A stretch of 21,906 nucleotides of DNA from Nitrospinales bacterium. GTDB lineage: Bacteria > Nitrospinota > Nitrospinia > Nitrospinales > JAJDAT01. The notes under the pieces were generated by a model. The model had not been told where the DNA came from. It saw only the letters and a list, made by a program, of their open reading frames with translations, and searched no databases. Positions 8,507 to 17,757 of this stretch are shown piece by piece (the first letter of the stretch is position 1; every line of letters begins with the position of its first letter). The stretch is from NCBI GenBank assembly GCA_046757665.1, contig JBHHYO010000048.1:1-21906 (forward strand), in the 5' to 3' direction. The position numbers and the translations under genes were made by a program.

Positions 8507-8512
8507 CACGCT

Positions 8513-8980
8513 ATGGGAACCCAGCCCCAGGAAGGAAAAAAAGCGCCTGATTTTTCAGCCACGGATCAAAACGGCAAAACGGTGAAACTGAGCGCGTTCA
8601 GAGGAAAAAAAAACGTCGTTCTGTATTTTTACCCGAAAGACATGACGCCGGGTTGCACCACCGAGGCCTGCGATTTCCGCGACCATTTCAAACGATTTAA
8701 AAACACGGTCATCCTGGGGGTCAGCGCCGACCCTCCCGAAAGGCACACGAAGTTCATCGAGAAATACGATTTGCCTTTTACCCTGATCAGCGATCCGGAC
8801 AAAAAGACAATCAAGGCCTATGGCGTGTGGCAGGAAAAAAAACTTTACGGCAAAACATTCATGGGTATTGTGCGATCCACTTTTATCATCGACAAGCAAG
8901 GCGTCCTGCGCAAGGTTTTTCCCAAGGTGAAAGTGAAAGGCCACGTGGAAGAGGTTTTGCAAACGCTTGCTGAACTGTAA
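8513..8980 (+). CDS. bcp: Peroxiredoxin BCP/PrxQ (thioredoxin-dependent thiol peroxidase)
   Basis: VLYFYPKDMTPGCTTEACDFRD (peroxidatic and resolving CxxxxC), RSTFIIDKQG. Confidence 0.96.
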   Translation: MGTQPQEGKKAPDFSATDQNGKTVKLSAFRGKKNVVLYFYPKDMTPGCTTEACDFRDHFKRFKNTVILGVSADPPERHTKFIEKYDLPFTLISDPDKKTIKAYGVWQEKKLYGKTFMGIVRSTFIIDKQGVLRKVFPKVKVKGHVEEVLQTLAEL

Positions 8981-8994
8981 CGGCCGCCGGCGGT

Positions 8995-10428
8995 TCAGCG
9001 CCGTCCGGTTCGCCTCCCCGGTCGGGGACGCGACATCAGTTTTTCGATTGCCGCCACGGTTTTGGGATTACCGCGGGCCATGTTGATGCAACCTTTCTCG
9101 GTAATCAGCAGGTTGTCCTCGATGCGTATGCCGATTTCCTCGTCATAAACCCGACCCTTGCATTTCAACCGAAAGCATCCGTACAATCCGGGTTCGTTGC
9201 TGATCAACCATCCGGCGCGCATCGGCTGTTCCGCGTAATTTCTGAACGGGTCGCCGTCGTGCTCCTGCTCCCCCATCAAATGGCTGACCCCATGCGGCCT
9301 GTCCTTATACTTCAATTTGTATTTTCCCCCCGCCGCACGGAATTCGTTTTTCAAATCCTGGTTGATCGATCCCCAGCATACTTCGTTCAACTCCCGGATA
9401 GCCACACCCATCCGGGCTTTCCTTTCCACCGCCAACTGGGCTTTTAGCACGATCTCATAAAGCATTTTTTGCAAGGGATTAAAGCGCCCGGACGCGGGCA
9501 CCGTGCGGCTGATATCCGCGTGCATGGTCATCCAGCGAACGCCGAAATCGAGAAGCACCAGTTCATTCCTGCCGATGTCGTCGTCGTTTTTCAGGTAATG
9601 CAATGTGGTTGCGTTGACTCCGGAGGCAATGATGGAAGGGAAAGCAAGCCCATAAGGCGATTGCATCAGCATTTGCCCCTCAAGAAATCCCTGTACCTGG
9701 TACTCCGTTTTGAATTCATGGAAACGGCGCAGTGTGGCCTTGAACGCCTCGGCGGTTTTCAAGTGCGCCGTACGGGTATTGGCCCTGTCGTACTCGTCCA
9801 GCGGCAGGCGCAATTCAAAATGCGATTGCATGATATTGCTCAATGCCCCCGGCCTCATTCCCCATTTTCGCAACAAGGCGGACAATTTCTTTTTGAAATT
9901 CCAGTTATGGTCGCCCCGGAGCGTTTTGACCCTGCCGCTTTGGGTTCCCTCAATCCATAACGTGGCCAGCCGGCGGTTTTTTTGTTTCAAAAGACGCTGT
10001 TGGAGAACTTTTTCGAACTCATTGATGTCCCGGATATCCTTGATCCCGGTCACGTTGCGTGCTTCGCGCAGGCTGGCTGGCGCGCCGACGCCAAACCGGA
10101 CGCCATCCCAGAACTCCTTGGCCGGGTCCTTGGGGCTGACGAACAGAATTTCGTCCGACTCGGAGGAACGGGGATCCAGCAACAAAATGACTTTCGACTG
10201 GTTGATCCCTGTAAGATACATGATGGCGGGTTCCTGATAGGTCGGGACATAGGCGTAGGTCCATCCCGTTTCCTCGCCGGGGCCGTAGGGCACACCGGTG
10301 ATGACCATCAGTTTTTTTTCTTTTTCCATCAACGCCAGCCGCCGTTTGCGGAACCGGCGCTTGGCGAGTTTCCCCGCGCCGCCATCCCGGAATATGCCGG
10401 AATATTTTTTTTTGTTACGGATGTTCAT
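8995..10428 (-). CDS. Xaa-Pro aminopeptidase (M24B, aminopeptidase P family)
   Basis: AMP_N-like N-domain (YLTG, EFWDG) and metal-ligand motifs LDFG…ADISRT, HGVSHLMGEQEHD, NEPGLY, GIRIEDNLLIT. Confidence 0.9.
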   Translation of the reverse strand: MNIRNKKKYSGIFRDGGAGKLAKRRFRKRRLALMEKEKKLMVITGVPYGPGEETGWTYAYVPTYQEPAIMYLTGINQSKVILLLDPRSSESDEILFVSPKDPAKEFWDGVRFGVGAPASLREARNVTGIKDIRDINEFEKVLQQRLLKQKNRRLATLWIEGTQSGRVKTLRGDHNWNFKKKLSALLRKWGMRPGALSNIMQSHFELRLPLDEYDRANTRTAHLKTAEAFKATLRRFHEFKTEYQVQGFLEGQMLMQSPYGLAFPSIIASGVNATTLHYLKNDDDIGRNELVLLDFGVRWMTMHADISRTVPASGRFNPLQKMLYEIVLKAQLAVERKARMGVAIRELNEVCWGSINQDLKNEFRAAGGKYKLKYKDRPHGVSHLMGEQEHDGDPFRNYAEQPMRAGWLISNEPGLYGCFRLKCKGRVYDEEIGIRIEDNLLITEKGCINMARGNPKTVAAIEKLMSRPRPGRRTGRR

Positions 10429-10443
10429 ACCGAAAAATTCCGC

Positions 10444-11052
10444 CTATCGTTTTCTTAATATTCCCAGCCATTCCCTGCCCCGGCGCCGCTCGATGGAGTG
10501 CGGAGTTTTTTCCAGATGCTCGATGGCAAAATGCCGGGAGAACAAACGCGGGATGTCCGCATACCCGGTATGGTACGGCGGCCCGCCTTCCTCGTTGGTC
10601 TCGTAAAAAAGAGCCACCAGCAGACCGTTTGCCTGCAGGAGCCGATGAACCGTTTCGACATAAAGCGCACGCGCCGAAGGCGCAATGGCGCAAAAAAACG
10701 TCTGCTCCAGCACCAGGTCATAACAACTGTCGTGAGCGGAGTCCAGTTCAAAAAAATCCGCCAACAGCACGTTGGCGCGCAACCCCTTTTGCGACAGCGC
10801 GTCGGTCAAACAGGTCACGGCGCCCGGCGAGAAATCCACGCCGGTCACGTCAAAACCCCGTTCGGCGAAGAAGACCACCTCATGGCCGCGACCGCAACCC
10901 GGGACTATGGTTTTGCCCGGCCGCAATTTTTTTTCCCGCCAAAGACGCGCGAACGGTGGAGAAACCTCGCCCAAGTCCCATCGGAGATCGCCTGTATCGT
11001 AATGTTTTTGCCAATCCTGCCGGCCGTACCCGCCGGTCAATTCGCTCGTCAT
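10444..11052 (-). CDS. SAM-dependent methyltransferase, TPMT / halide-thiol methyltransferase (HOL/HTMT-like)
   Basis: WDLG…SP, motif I VPGCGRGHEV, 'DFF', EQTFFCAI, GGPPY, C-terminal HSIERRRGRE. Confidence 0.88.
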   Translation of the reverse strand: MTSELTGGYGRQDWQKHYDTGDLRWDLGEVSPPFARLWREKKLRPGKTIVPGCGRGHEVVFFAERGFDVTGVDFSPGAVTCLTDALSQKGLRANVLLADFFELDSAHDSCYDLVLEQTFFCAIAPSARALYVETVHRLLQANGLLVALFYETNEEGGPPYHTGYADIPRLFSRHFAIEHLEKTPHSIERRRGREWLGILRKR

Positions 11053-11054
11053 GG

Positions 11055-12008
11055 TCAGCAGTTAAAAAATTTGACAAGTTGATCAATGGCGGCGCGGCCC
11101 ATCGCTTCCACCGCTTCAACGGAATTGCCGCCGATGTGCGGAGTAACCATCAAGTTCGGACAAGCCAGAAACTCCAGGTCGTCCGGCGGTTCGCTCTCGA
11201 AAACATCCAGGGCGGCGCCGGCGATGACCCTCTCCCGCAAGGCGGTTTTCAAGGCTTGCTGGTCAACCACCGCGCCCCTACTGGTATTCACCAGGTAGGC
11301 GGCGGGTTTCATGCGCCGCAATACACTGCCGTCAATCATTCCCCGGGTCGCTTGAGTCAGGGGAACGTGCAGGGAAACGATGTCCGACGATTCGATCAGG
11401 TCGGCGAATTCGACCTGCACCGCTCCCACCTGCCGGCAAAATTCCGGCATGTCGAGTATGTCCCGCACCAGGATGCGGCAGTCAAAGGGTCGAGCGAGCC
11501 GCGCTACTTCCTTGCCGACATGACCACAACCGATAATCCCCAGAGTTTTTCCGGCAAACGACGTTCCGCCATCCTTCACCCATTGCCCGCGCTTGAGTTC
11601 GCGCGCGCCGACAAAAACTCTGCGGCACAGGCCCAGGATAAAACAGAGGGTCAGCTCGGCGACGGACCGTTTATTGACGCCGGAAGTCCAGCACAAGGCC
11701 ACGCGGCGGCGTTGCAACGCCTGCCGGTCAATATTGTCCAGCCCAACCCCGTATTTGGCAACAACCTTGAGGCGCGGCAGGGCGCGGAGTACCCGTTCGC
11801 CAACCGGGTCCCGCCCGACCAGCGCCGCGTCGGCATCGCTTAAAAACTCGATCAGCTCGGACTCGGTCAGGTAACGGCCTGTTTCATTATACGCCGTGTC
11901 CGGGAAAGCGCGGGCCAATTCGGCGCGAAGAATTTTTGAACCACAAAATGCGGGAGGCGTCGCCGCCACTTTGGGGCCGCGCCCCTCCCGGGAATGGGGT
12001 CCAGACAT
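11055..12008 (-). CDS. D-isomer-specific 2-hydroxyacid dehydrogenase (phosphoglycerate dehydrogenase-like, no ACT domain)
   Basis: KYGVGLDNID, GIIGCGHVG, NTSRG, LDVFESEP, TPHIGG. Start set at ATG 12008, 4 nt after the upstream stop, instead of the 12164 start that overlaps the traB-family gene. Confidence 0.9.
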   Translation of the reverse strand: MSGPHSREGRGPKVAATPPAFCGSKILRAELARAFPDTAYNETGRYLTESELIEFLSDADAALVGRDPVGERVLRALPRLKVVAKYGVGLDNIDRQALQRRRVALCWTSGVNKRSVAELTLCFILGLCRRVFVGARELKRGQWVKDGGTSFAGKTLGIIGCGHVGKEVARLARPFDCRILVRDILDMPEFCRQVGAVQVEFADLIESSDIVSLHVPLTQATRGMIDGSVLRRMKPAAYLVNTSRGAVVDQQALKTALRERVIAGAALDVFESEPPDDLEFLACPNLMVTPHIGGNSVEAVEAMGRAAIDQLVKFFNC

Positions 12009-12012
12009 GGCC

Positions 12013-13203
12013 TTAACCGAACAACTGATGAACGATGGATGCGCCGGCGATATAGGTGCCGAAAACGGATCCCATGTTGGCAAAGAAAAACACGAGAAAA
12101 ACACGGACCACCCGGTTCTTCCACCACATTTTCCAATGAACGATATCGTCGCGCAGGGATTCAAAATCGCGCACCTGGGGTTTTCGCAAATACGATTCGA
12201 CGATGCCGACTACCATACCGGCGCCGATGGTGGGATTCAGCGACGTCAGCGGCGCGGCGATAAAAGCCGTGAGCACCGAGCCCGGATGGGCCAGCGCCAA
12301 AGCCGCTCCCAGCGCGCTCAATCCGCCGTTCACGACAACCCACGTCACAATCAACTGCCACCCCAGTTCCGGAGAGTGCCGATAGCCGACATAAAACATG
12401 CTGAGGATCAACACACCGACCCCCCATCCGATGAAGTAACCGGTACGGCTGGGCGGCGGTTTTTGTTCCAGTTCCCGTAGCCGCTCTTCTCCCGGCGGGG
12501 CGGCAAACTCGGACACCATTCCCCGCAGATGACCCGCACCCACCATGGCGATAATGTGTTTCGGCGCATCGGCGGCGGAGGATATCCGCGCCAGTTGGCC
12601 GGCCATATATTGATCCCGCTCGTCAATCAAAACTTCCTTGATGGCGGGCAGTTTCTCGCCGAATTCCTCCACCACGGCATGGAGTAAATCGCCCCGTTTC
12701 AAATCCTCGATCTGTTCCTCGGTAATTTCTTCATCGACGAAAATGCCGGCAATCAACCCCGAAAACAACTTGAGCTTCTGCCAAAAAGAGATCCTGTTGA
12801 CCAGCCGGTGAAGCGTCGTGGAAACATCGCGGTCGATCAGTTCCAGACGGACGTTGTGCTCCCGGGCCAACTCTATGGCCCGTTGCATTTCCATCCCGAC
12901 TTCCACGCCGAACTTTTCCGCCAGCCGTTTCTGGAAAGCCGTCAGGGCCAGATTGACAAGCAGGAGGGTGGCTTTTTTTTCCCGGAAAATTCGGTAGATA
13001 TCCAAATTCTTCCAGCCCGCCTTGTTGATCAGGTTGTCATACCGGGGCTGGCACAGTTCCACCGCAACGCAATCATGATCGCCGGCGCGGATCATCTCCT
13101 CCACCAGTTCAACGCTTTTTTTGGAAATATGCGCCGTGCCGATCAGGGTGACCGCCGTCTGGTTGCACTGCACGGTTTTGACGATATCCTTGGTCGTATC
13201 CAA
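12013..13203 (-). CDS. TraB/PrgY (pheromone-shutdown) family membrane protein
   Basis: LIGTAHIS, VAVELC, IDRD, LIDERDQYMA, VGAGH plus C-terminal TM helices. TTG start at 13203 is preceded by SD GGAGG (13213-13209). Confidence 0.9.
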   Translation of the reverse strand: MDTTKDIVKTVQCNQTAVTLIGTAHISKKSVELVEEMIRAGDHDCVAVELCQPRYDNLINKAGWKNLDIYRIFREKKATLLLVNLALTAFQKRLAEKFGVEVGMEMQRAIELAREHNVRLELIDRDVSTTLHRLVNRISFWQKLKLFSGLIAGIFVDEEITEEQIEDLKRGDLLHAVVEEFGEKLPAIKEVLIDERDQYMAGQLARISSAADAPKHIIAMVGAGHLRGMVSEFAAPPGEERLRELEQKPPPSRTGYFIGWGVGVLILSMFYVGYRHSPELGWQLIVTWVVVNGGLSALGAALALAHPGSVLTAFIAAPLTSLNPTIGAGMVVGIVESYLRKPQVRDFESLRDDIVHWKMWWKNRVVRVFLVFFFANMGSVFGTYIAGASIVHQLFG

Positions 13204-13367
13204 ACCAACCTCCCTCGAAGGCAATCCCTTTTCACAAACCCGCCGCGTCATCGGGCCCGGCCTCCTGGCCGTGAAAGGGAAAAAAATTCAATTTATATTA
13301 ACCAAAAGACGAATTTCTAATTTAACATAAAACCGGACTGCATTTCAGGATTTCCGGGAGCCGCGCC

Positions 13368-15374
13368 ATGGACCGTTTCAAACTGAAAGCTGATTTTCAA
13401 CCCGCAGGCGACCAGCCCAAGGCGATCCGCCAACTGGTGGATAACCTGCGGGCTCACGTCGGCCACCAGACCCTGCTGGGAGTGACGGGTTCGGGGAAAA
13501 CCTTTACCATCGCGCAAATGATTCAGGAGGTGCAAAGGCCGACACTGGTCATTGCCCACAACAAAACCCTGGCCGCCCAGCTCTACAGCGAATTCCAAAG
13601 CTTCTTTCCGGAAAACGCCGTCGGCTACTTCGTCAGTTACTACGACTATTACCAGCCGGAAGCTTACCTGCCGCACACCGACACGTATATCGAAAAGGAC
13701 TCTTCGATCAATGACGAAATCGACAAGATGCGTCATGCCGCGACGCATTCCCTGTTCGAGCGCCGGGACACGCTGATTGTCGCCAGCGTCTCGTGCATCT
13801 ACGGCCTGGGTTCTCCGGAAGCATACCACGGGATGCTGGTTTTTCTGGAAAAGGGAATGCGGGTCGAACGCGACCAGGTTTTGAAAAAACTGGTGGAAAT
13901 CCAATACAAGCGCAACGACATTGATTTCCAGCGGGGCACGTTTCGAGCCCGGGGGGATGTGGTCGAGGTCTTGCCGGTTTATGAGCGGGACGAGGCCATC
14001 CGCATCGAATTTTTCGGCGACGAAATCGAAAAGTTGACGGTCTTCGATCCCTTGACCCGGTCGGTCCTCAAACCTCTGGACCGCATCGCCATCTATCCCG
14101 CCAGCCATTACGTCACGCCCCGGCACAAGCTGGAGCGGGCGGAGCAGATGATCCTCGACGAACTGCGGGAGCGCATCGCCTACTTCAAGAATCGAAACCT
14201 TCTGCTGGAAGCGCAAAGGATCGAGCAACGCACGATGTTCGACCTGGAGATGATGCGGGAGATCGGTTACTGCAAGGGGGTGGAGAATTATTCCCGCCAC
14301 CTTACGGGACGCCGGGCGGGCGAGCCGCCGCCGACTCTTCTGGATTATTTCCCGGACGACGCCTTGATCGTCATTGATGAAAGCCACGTCACCCTGCCGC
14401 AGTTGAACGGCATGTACAAGGGAGACTACTCGCGCAAGGAAAACCTGATCCGCTACGGTTTTCGCCTGCCGTCGGCCTTCGACAACCGGCCGCTGACTTT
14501 CGAGGAGTTCGAGCGGATGGCGCACACGCGCATCTACGTTTCCGCCACTCCGGGTCCCTACGAAAGGCAACACTCCGGCGAGCGGATCGTCGAACTCATC
14601 GTACGCCCCACGGGCTTGATCGACCCACCCATGGAAGTGCGGCCGATTACGGGACAGGTGGACGACCTTTACAAGGAAATCACAACGCGCGCCGAGCGCG
14701 GGGAGCGAGTACTGGTCACCACTTTGACAAAACGCTTCGCCGAGGACCTGACCGAACATTTCACCGAGATGGGATTGCGCGTGAAATACCTGCATTCGGA
14801 AATCAGCACCCTCGAACGGATCCAAATCATCCGCGAATTGCGCCTGGGCGAATTCGACGCCCTGATCGGCATCAACCTTTTGCGGGAAGGGCTGGACATC
14901 CCGGAAGTGTCCCTGGTGGCGATTCTGGACGCGGACAAGGAAGGTTTCCTGAGGTCCGCCACCTCGCTGATTCAAACCAGCGGCCGCGCCGCCCGCAACG
15001 TTGACGGCCGGGTTATCCTCTACGCCGACAACATCACCGATTCCATGCGCCAGGCCATCGAAGAAACCCGGCGGCGGAGAGTAATACAAATGGAACACAA
15101 CCAGGCAAACAACATCCAGCCCGTTTCCATCAAAAAGTCGGTCCGCGAAACGCTGGGTTATGCGGAACAATTCGCCATCGTCCCGCTGGTTCAGGAAGAG
15201 GAGGACGATTACGCCGACCCGGAAGGTTTGCCCAAATTGATCGCCGACCTGGAAAGCCAAATGCTAAGAGCCGCCAAAAACCTCGAATTTGAAAAAGCCG
15301 CGCAGTTGCGCGACCGGATCAAAAAACTCAAGGAAAAAGAACTGGAACTGGCTCCGGAAATCGATTCTTCCTGA
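13368..15374 (+). CDS. uvrB: Excinuclease ABC subunit B
   Basis: GDQP, Walker [38 protein letters not shown]-terminal UVR domain ([13 protein letters not shown]). Confidence 0.99.
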   Translation: MDRFKLKADFQPAGDQPKAIRQLVDNLRAHVGHQTLLGVTGSGKTFTIAQMIQEVQRPTLVIAHNKTLAAQLYSEFQSFFPENAVGYFVSYYDYYQPEAYLPHTDTYIEKDSSINDEIDKMRHAATHSLFERRDTLIVASVSCIYGLGSPEAYHGMLVFLEKGMRVERDQVLKKLVEIQYKRNDIDFQRGTFRARGDVVEVLPVYERDEAIRIEFFGDEIEKLTVFDPLTRSVLKPLDRIAIYPASHYVTPRHKLERAEQMILDELRERIAYFKNRNLLLEAQRIEQRTMFDLEMMREIGYCKGVENYSRHLTGRRAGEPPPTLLDYFPDDALIVIDESHVTLPQLNGMYKGDYSRKENLIRYGFRLPSAFDNRPLTFEEFERMAHTRIYVSATPGPYERQHSGERIVELIVRPTGLIDPPMEVRPITGQVDDLYKEITTRAERGERVLVTTLTKRFAEDLTEHFTEMGLRVKYLHSEISTLERIQIIRELRLGEFDALIGINLLREGLDIPEVSLVAILDADKEGFLRSATSLIQTSGRAARNVDGRVILYADNITDSMRQAIEETRRRRVIQMEHNQANNIQPVSIKKSVRETLGYAEQFAIVPLVQEEEDDYADPEGLPKLIADLESQMLRAAKNLEFEKAAQLRDRIKKLKEKELELAPEIDSS

Positions 15375-15408
15375 CAAATCCCCCCCGCCGCCCAAACAAG
15401 GGCATTCG

Positions 15409-16053
15409 TTATCCCTTATGCGCGCCAGCTAACAGCCGACCATCTTTCTTCAAAAATTTTTGCAAAATCCCCTGGTCCTTCTCCGGAACCCGGATAAACT
15501 TCACGCCGGTCACGCAGGGTTCTTTTTTACTTTTGTTATTATGACGGACGTTGCGGACCACGGCCTCGATATTTTCCACCGGCTCATCGGGAAATTCGAT
15601 TTTAAGCACTATTTTGGTCATTTTGGCCAAGGGCCTGAGATGGCATAACAAGGCTCCTTCCGCGGTCAAATCGCGTACAGTGGCATTCTCCATAACGCTG
15701 TTGGGCCCCTCGGAGTAGGTTACGGAAAGATTGGCTTTCAGACGGTCGATTTTACGCAATTTGATTTTTTCGTGGGACTTGGGATATTCAATGATCATAA
15801 AACTGATGGCACGGGTAAACATGGACAATACGACGGTATCGAACATATAAACCACTCCGTCGCGGATATAGCGCACCTGGCATCCGGTTTCCATGGGCAC
15901 ACTCAGAGGTTGTCCCTGGACCTTCGGAATATCCGTAATGATATATTCGTTAAGCAACCATCCCCGGATGCAAACATTGTAAGATTCGCCTTGAATAGTG
16001 ACAGTGACTTTCTGCCCCAACACAAGGTACAGTTCTCCTTTTAGAGTGGCCAT
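15409..16053 (-). CDS. YcgR-like c-di-GMP-binding protein (PilZN + PilZ, flagellar-brake type)
   Basis: RxxxR (RKIDR) and D-x-T-x-x-G (DLTAEG, variant of DxSxxG), C-terminal GVKF. Strong SD AAGGAGG lies inside the upstream gene. Confidence 0.85.
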   Translation of the reverse strand: MATLKGELYLVLGQKVTVTIQGESYNVCIRGWLLNEYIITDIPKVQGQPLSVPMETGCQVRYIRDGVVYMFDTVVLSMFTRAISFMIIEYPKSHEKIKLRKIDRLKANLSVTYSEGPNSVMENATVRDLTAEGALLCHLRPLAKMTKIVLKIEFPDEPVENIEAVVRNVRHNNKSKKEPCVTGVKFIRVPEKDQGILQKFLKKDGRLLAGAHKG

Positions 16054-17435
16054 GTTTCCTCCTTAACCAATTTGTCGGCAAGCTCCTCGGCGGGGTACGT
16101 GAGGATTTCCGACAACGTGGGATGATAATGAGGAATCCGCAAAATATCGTTTACGGTGCCATGATAATACATAACGGCGATGAGTTCATGAATCATTTCG
16201 GCGGCCTTGGGGCCGACGATATGGGCGCCGATGATCTCGCCGGTCCGGGGCCGGCAAAGGCATTTCACATGGCCATGGGTTTCGCCGAGGCAAATCGATT
16301 TGCCGTGGTCATTAAAGGGATAGGACGCGGACAGGTAGGGAATGTTGCCCGCCTGACATTCTTTTTCCGAGAGCCCGACGCTGGCAACCTGGGGATCGGT
16401 AAAAACAACGGCGGTTTTCAAACGTTCATCCAGAGCCTGTTGCGGCCGGTCGGGGTGGACCGCGTTGTGGGCGGCAATCTCGCCTTGTTGAATGGCGATA
16501 TGCACCACTTCATGCAAACCGTTGACGTCGCCCACGGCAAAGATATGCGGTTGATTGGTGCGCATTTCGGAATCGACGGGGACCCGTCCCTTTTCAACGG
16601 TCACGCCCGCCGCCTCCAGGTTGAGCCCGTCGATACAGGGCCGCCGCCCCAGGGCTTGCAGGATGATTTGCGCCGTAACGGTTTTCCCCTCGCCGTTATG
16701 GGTGAAATGGACGGTTCGACTGCCGTTGTCGGAAGAGACGCGGCGCAGTTGGGTTCCGGTATAGACCGTCATGCCCTCTTCCCGGAAACGGGCTTCCACG
16801 GGGCGGGCGAGGTCTTCGTCGCCTTTGGAAAGGATATGGCCGCTTCGCTGAATGAGGGTTACCTGAACGCCGATGCGGCAAAAAAACTGCGCCAGTTCCA
16901 CGGCCACCGGCCCGGCGCCCAGGACAATCAGGGAGCGGGGCATCTCGCGCATTGCCAACGCATCGTCGCTGGTGATGAATCCGCTTTCCCGCAAACCGGG
17001 TACAGGAAAATCCGCCACGGTCGATCCGGTGGCGACAATAAAGTTTTTGGCCGACAAGGTATTCGACCCCACGCGCACCTCGCGCGGGGAAAGGAACGAG
17101 GCGGATTCCTCGTAAAGGGTAAAACGCGGATCGCGCAACTGTTCGACCCGGTATTCGGCAAACTGGCGGATGAGACGGTTTTTACGGTCATTGATGGCGG
17201 CCAGGTCGGCGCCGGCCTTGACGGGCAAGAGACCGAACTCCTCCGCCCGGCGCATCAACGCAATGACTTCCGCGGAGTGCAGGATAATCTTCGAGGGCAT
17301 ACAGCCGCGCAGGATGCACAGGCCGCCCAGCGGGCCCCGGTCGATAATAGCGACGCGGGCGCCGGCGGTTTGCGCGGCGTGGGCGGCGGCATAACCGGCC
17401 GACCCGCCGCCGATAACGATCACATCGTAGTACAT
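16041..17435 (-). CDS. Class I flavoprotein disulfide reductase (dihydrolipoamide dehydrogenase / MerA-like, no C-terminal Cys pair)
   Basis: GGGSAG, redox GGLCILRGCMPSK, GAGPVAVE…QRS, FAVGD, C-terminal HYHPTLSE. Confidence 0.92.
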   Translation of the reverse strand: MYYDVIVIGGGSAGYAAAHAAQTAGARVAIIDRGPLGGLCILRGCMPSKIILHSAEVIALMRRAEEFGLLPVKAGADLAAINDRKNRLIRQFAEYRVEQLRDPRFTLYEESASFLSPREVRVGSNTLSAKNFIVATGSTVADFPVPGLRESGFITSDDALAMREMPRSLIVLGAGPVAVELAQFFCRIGVQVTLIQRSGHILSKGDEDLARPVEARFREEGMTVYTGTQLRRVSSDNGSRTVHFTHNGEGKTVTAQIILQALGRRPCIDGLNLEAAGVTVEKGRVPVDSEMRTNQPHIFAVGDVNGLHEVVHIAIQQGEIAAHNAVHPDRPQQALDERLKTAVVFTDPQVASVGLSEKECQAGNIPYLSASYPFNDHGKSICLGETHGHVKCLCRPRTGEIIGAHIVGPKAAEMIHELIAVMYYHGTVNDILRIPHYHPTLSEILTYPAEELADKLVKEETWPL

Positions 17436-17612
17436 ACCATTACGAGAAAATCCCCGAAAACCGGTTCGGGGAACCTGATTTTCCCCCTACCGAAGATAAT
17501 AAACCCGAAGGCTCACCCGGTCAAGCTCCGGACAACGGGGAAAAGCCGCCGAATCGGTTGTGCCGGGGTTGAGAAAAAGACCCTTGCATAGCCCGAGACT
17601 CGCCGCCTTCGG

Positions 17613-17719
17613 TGTCATCGCGAGCCGCGACCAGCGGCGTGGCGATCCAGCCGGGCCACGCCCGGTGGGAATGGGTCCTTTCTGGATTGCTTCGTCGGCT
17701 GAGCCGCCTCGCAATGACA
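17613..17719. repeat. REP/RPE-like palindromic element (GTCATTGCGAG…GCAATC…GATTGC…CTCGCAATGAC type)
   Basis: Terminal IR TGTCATCGCGAG / CTCGCAATGACA (11/12). Inner IR GGCGATCCAG (17641-50) / CTGGATTGCT (17682-91). Side hairpins CCGC-GACCA-GCGG, CCGGGC-CAC-GCCCGG and CGGC-TGA-GCCG. Confidence 0.8.
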
Positions 17720-17757
17720 GTCAAACAACAAAGCTCTCTTTGAGAAAGCCGGAGGTT

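Noticed and set aside
12009-12164. N-terminal extension of the dehydrogenase ORF
   Set aside because: Overlaps the TM-coding end of the traB-family gene; the domain starts after ATG 12008
13252-13367. LexA/SOS box before uvrB
   Set aside because: Neither CTGT-N8-ACAG nor GAAC-N4-GTTC is present; no convincing dyad
13317-15260. 647-aa ORF antisense to uvrB
   Set aside because: Shadow frame of a conserved gene with GC3-biased codons; no recognisable motifs
17481-17489. GAACCTGAT resembling the TPP riboswitch core
   Set aside because: No upstream CTGAGA or downstream P5/AGGGA elements; wrong strand for the adjacent gene; no thiamine genes
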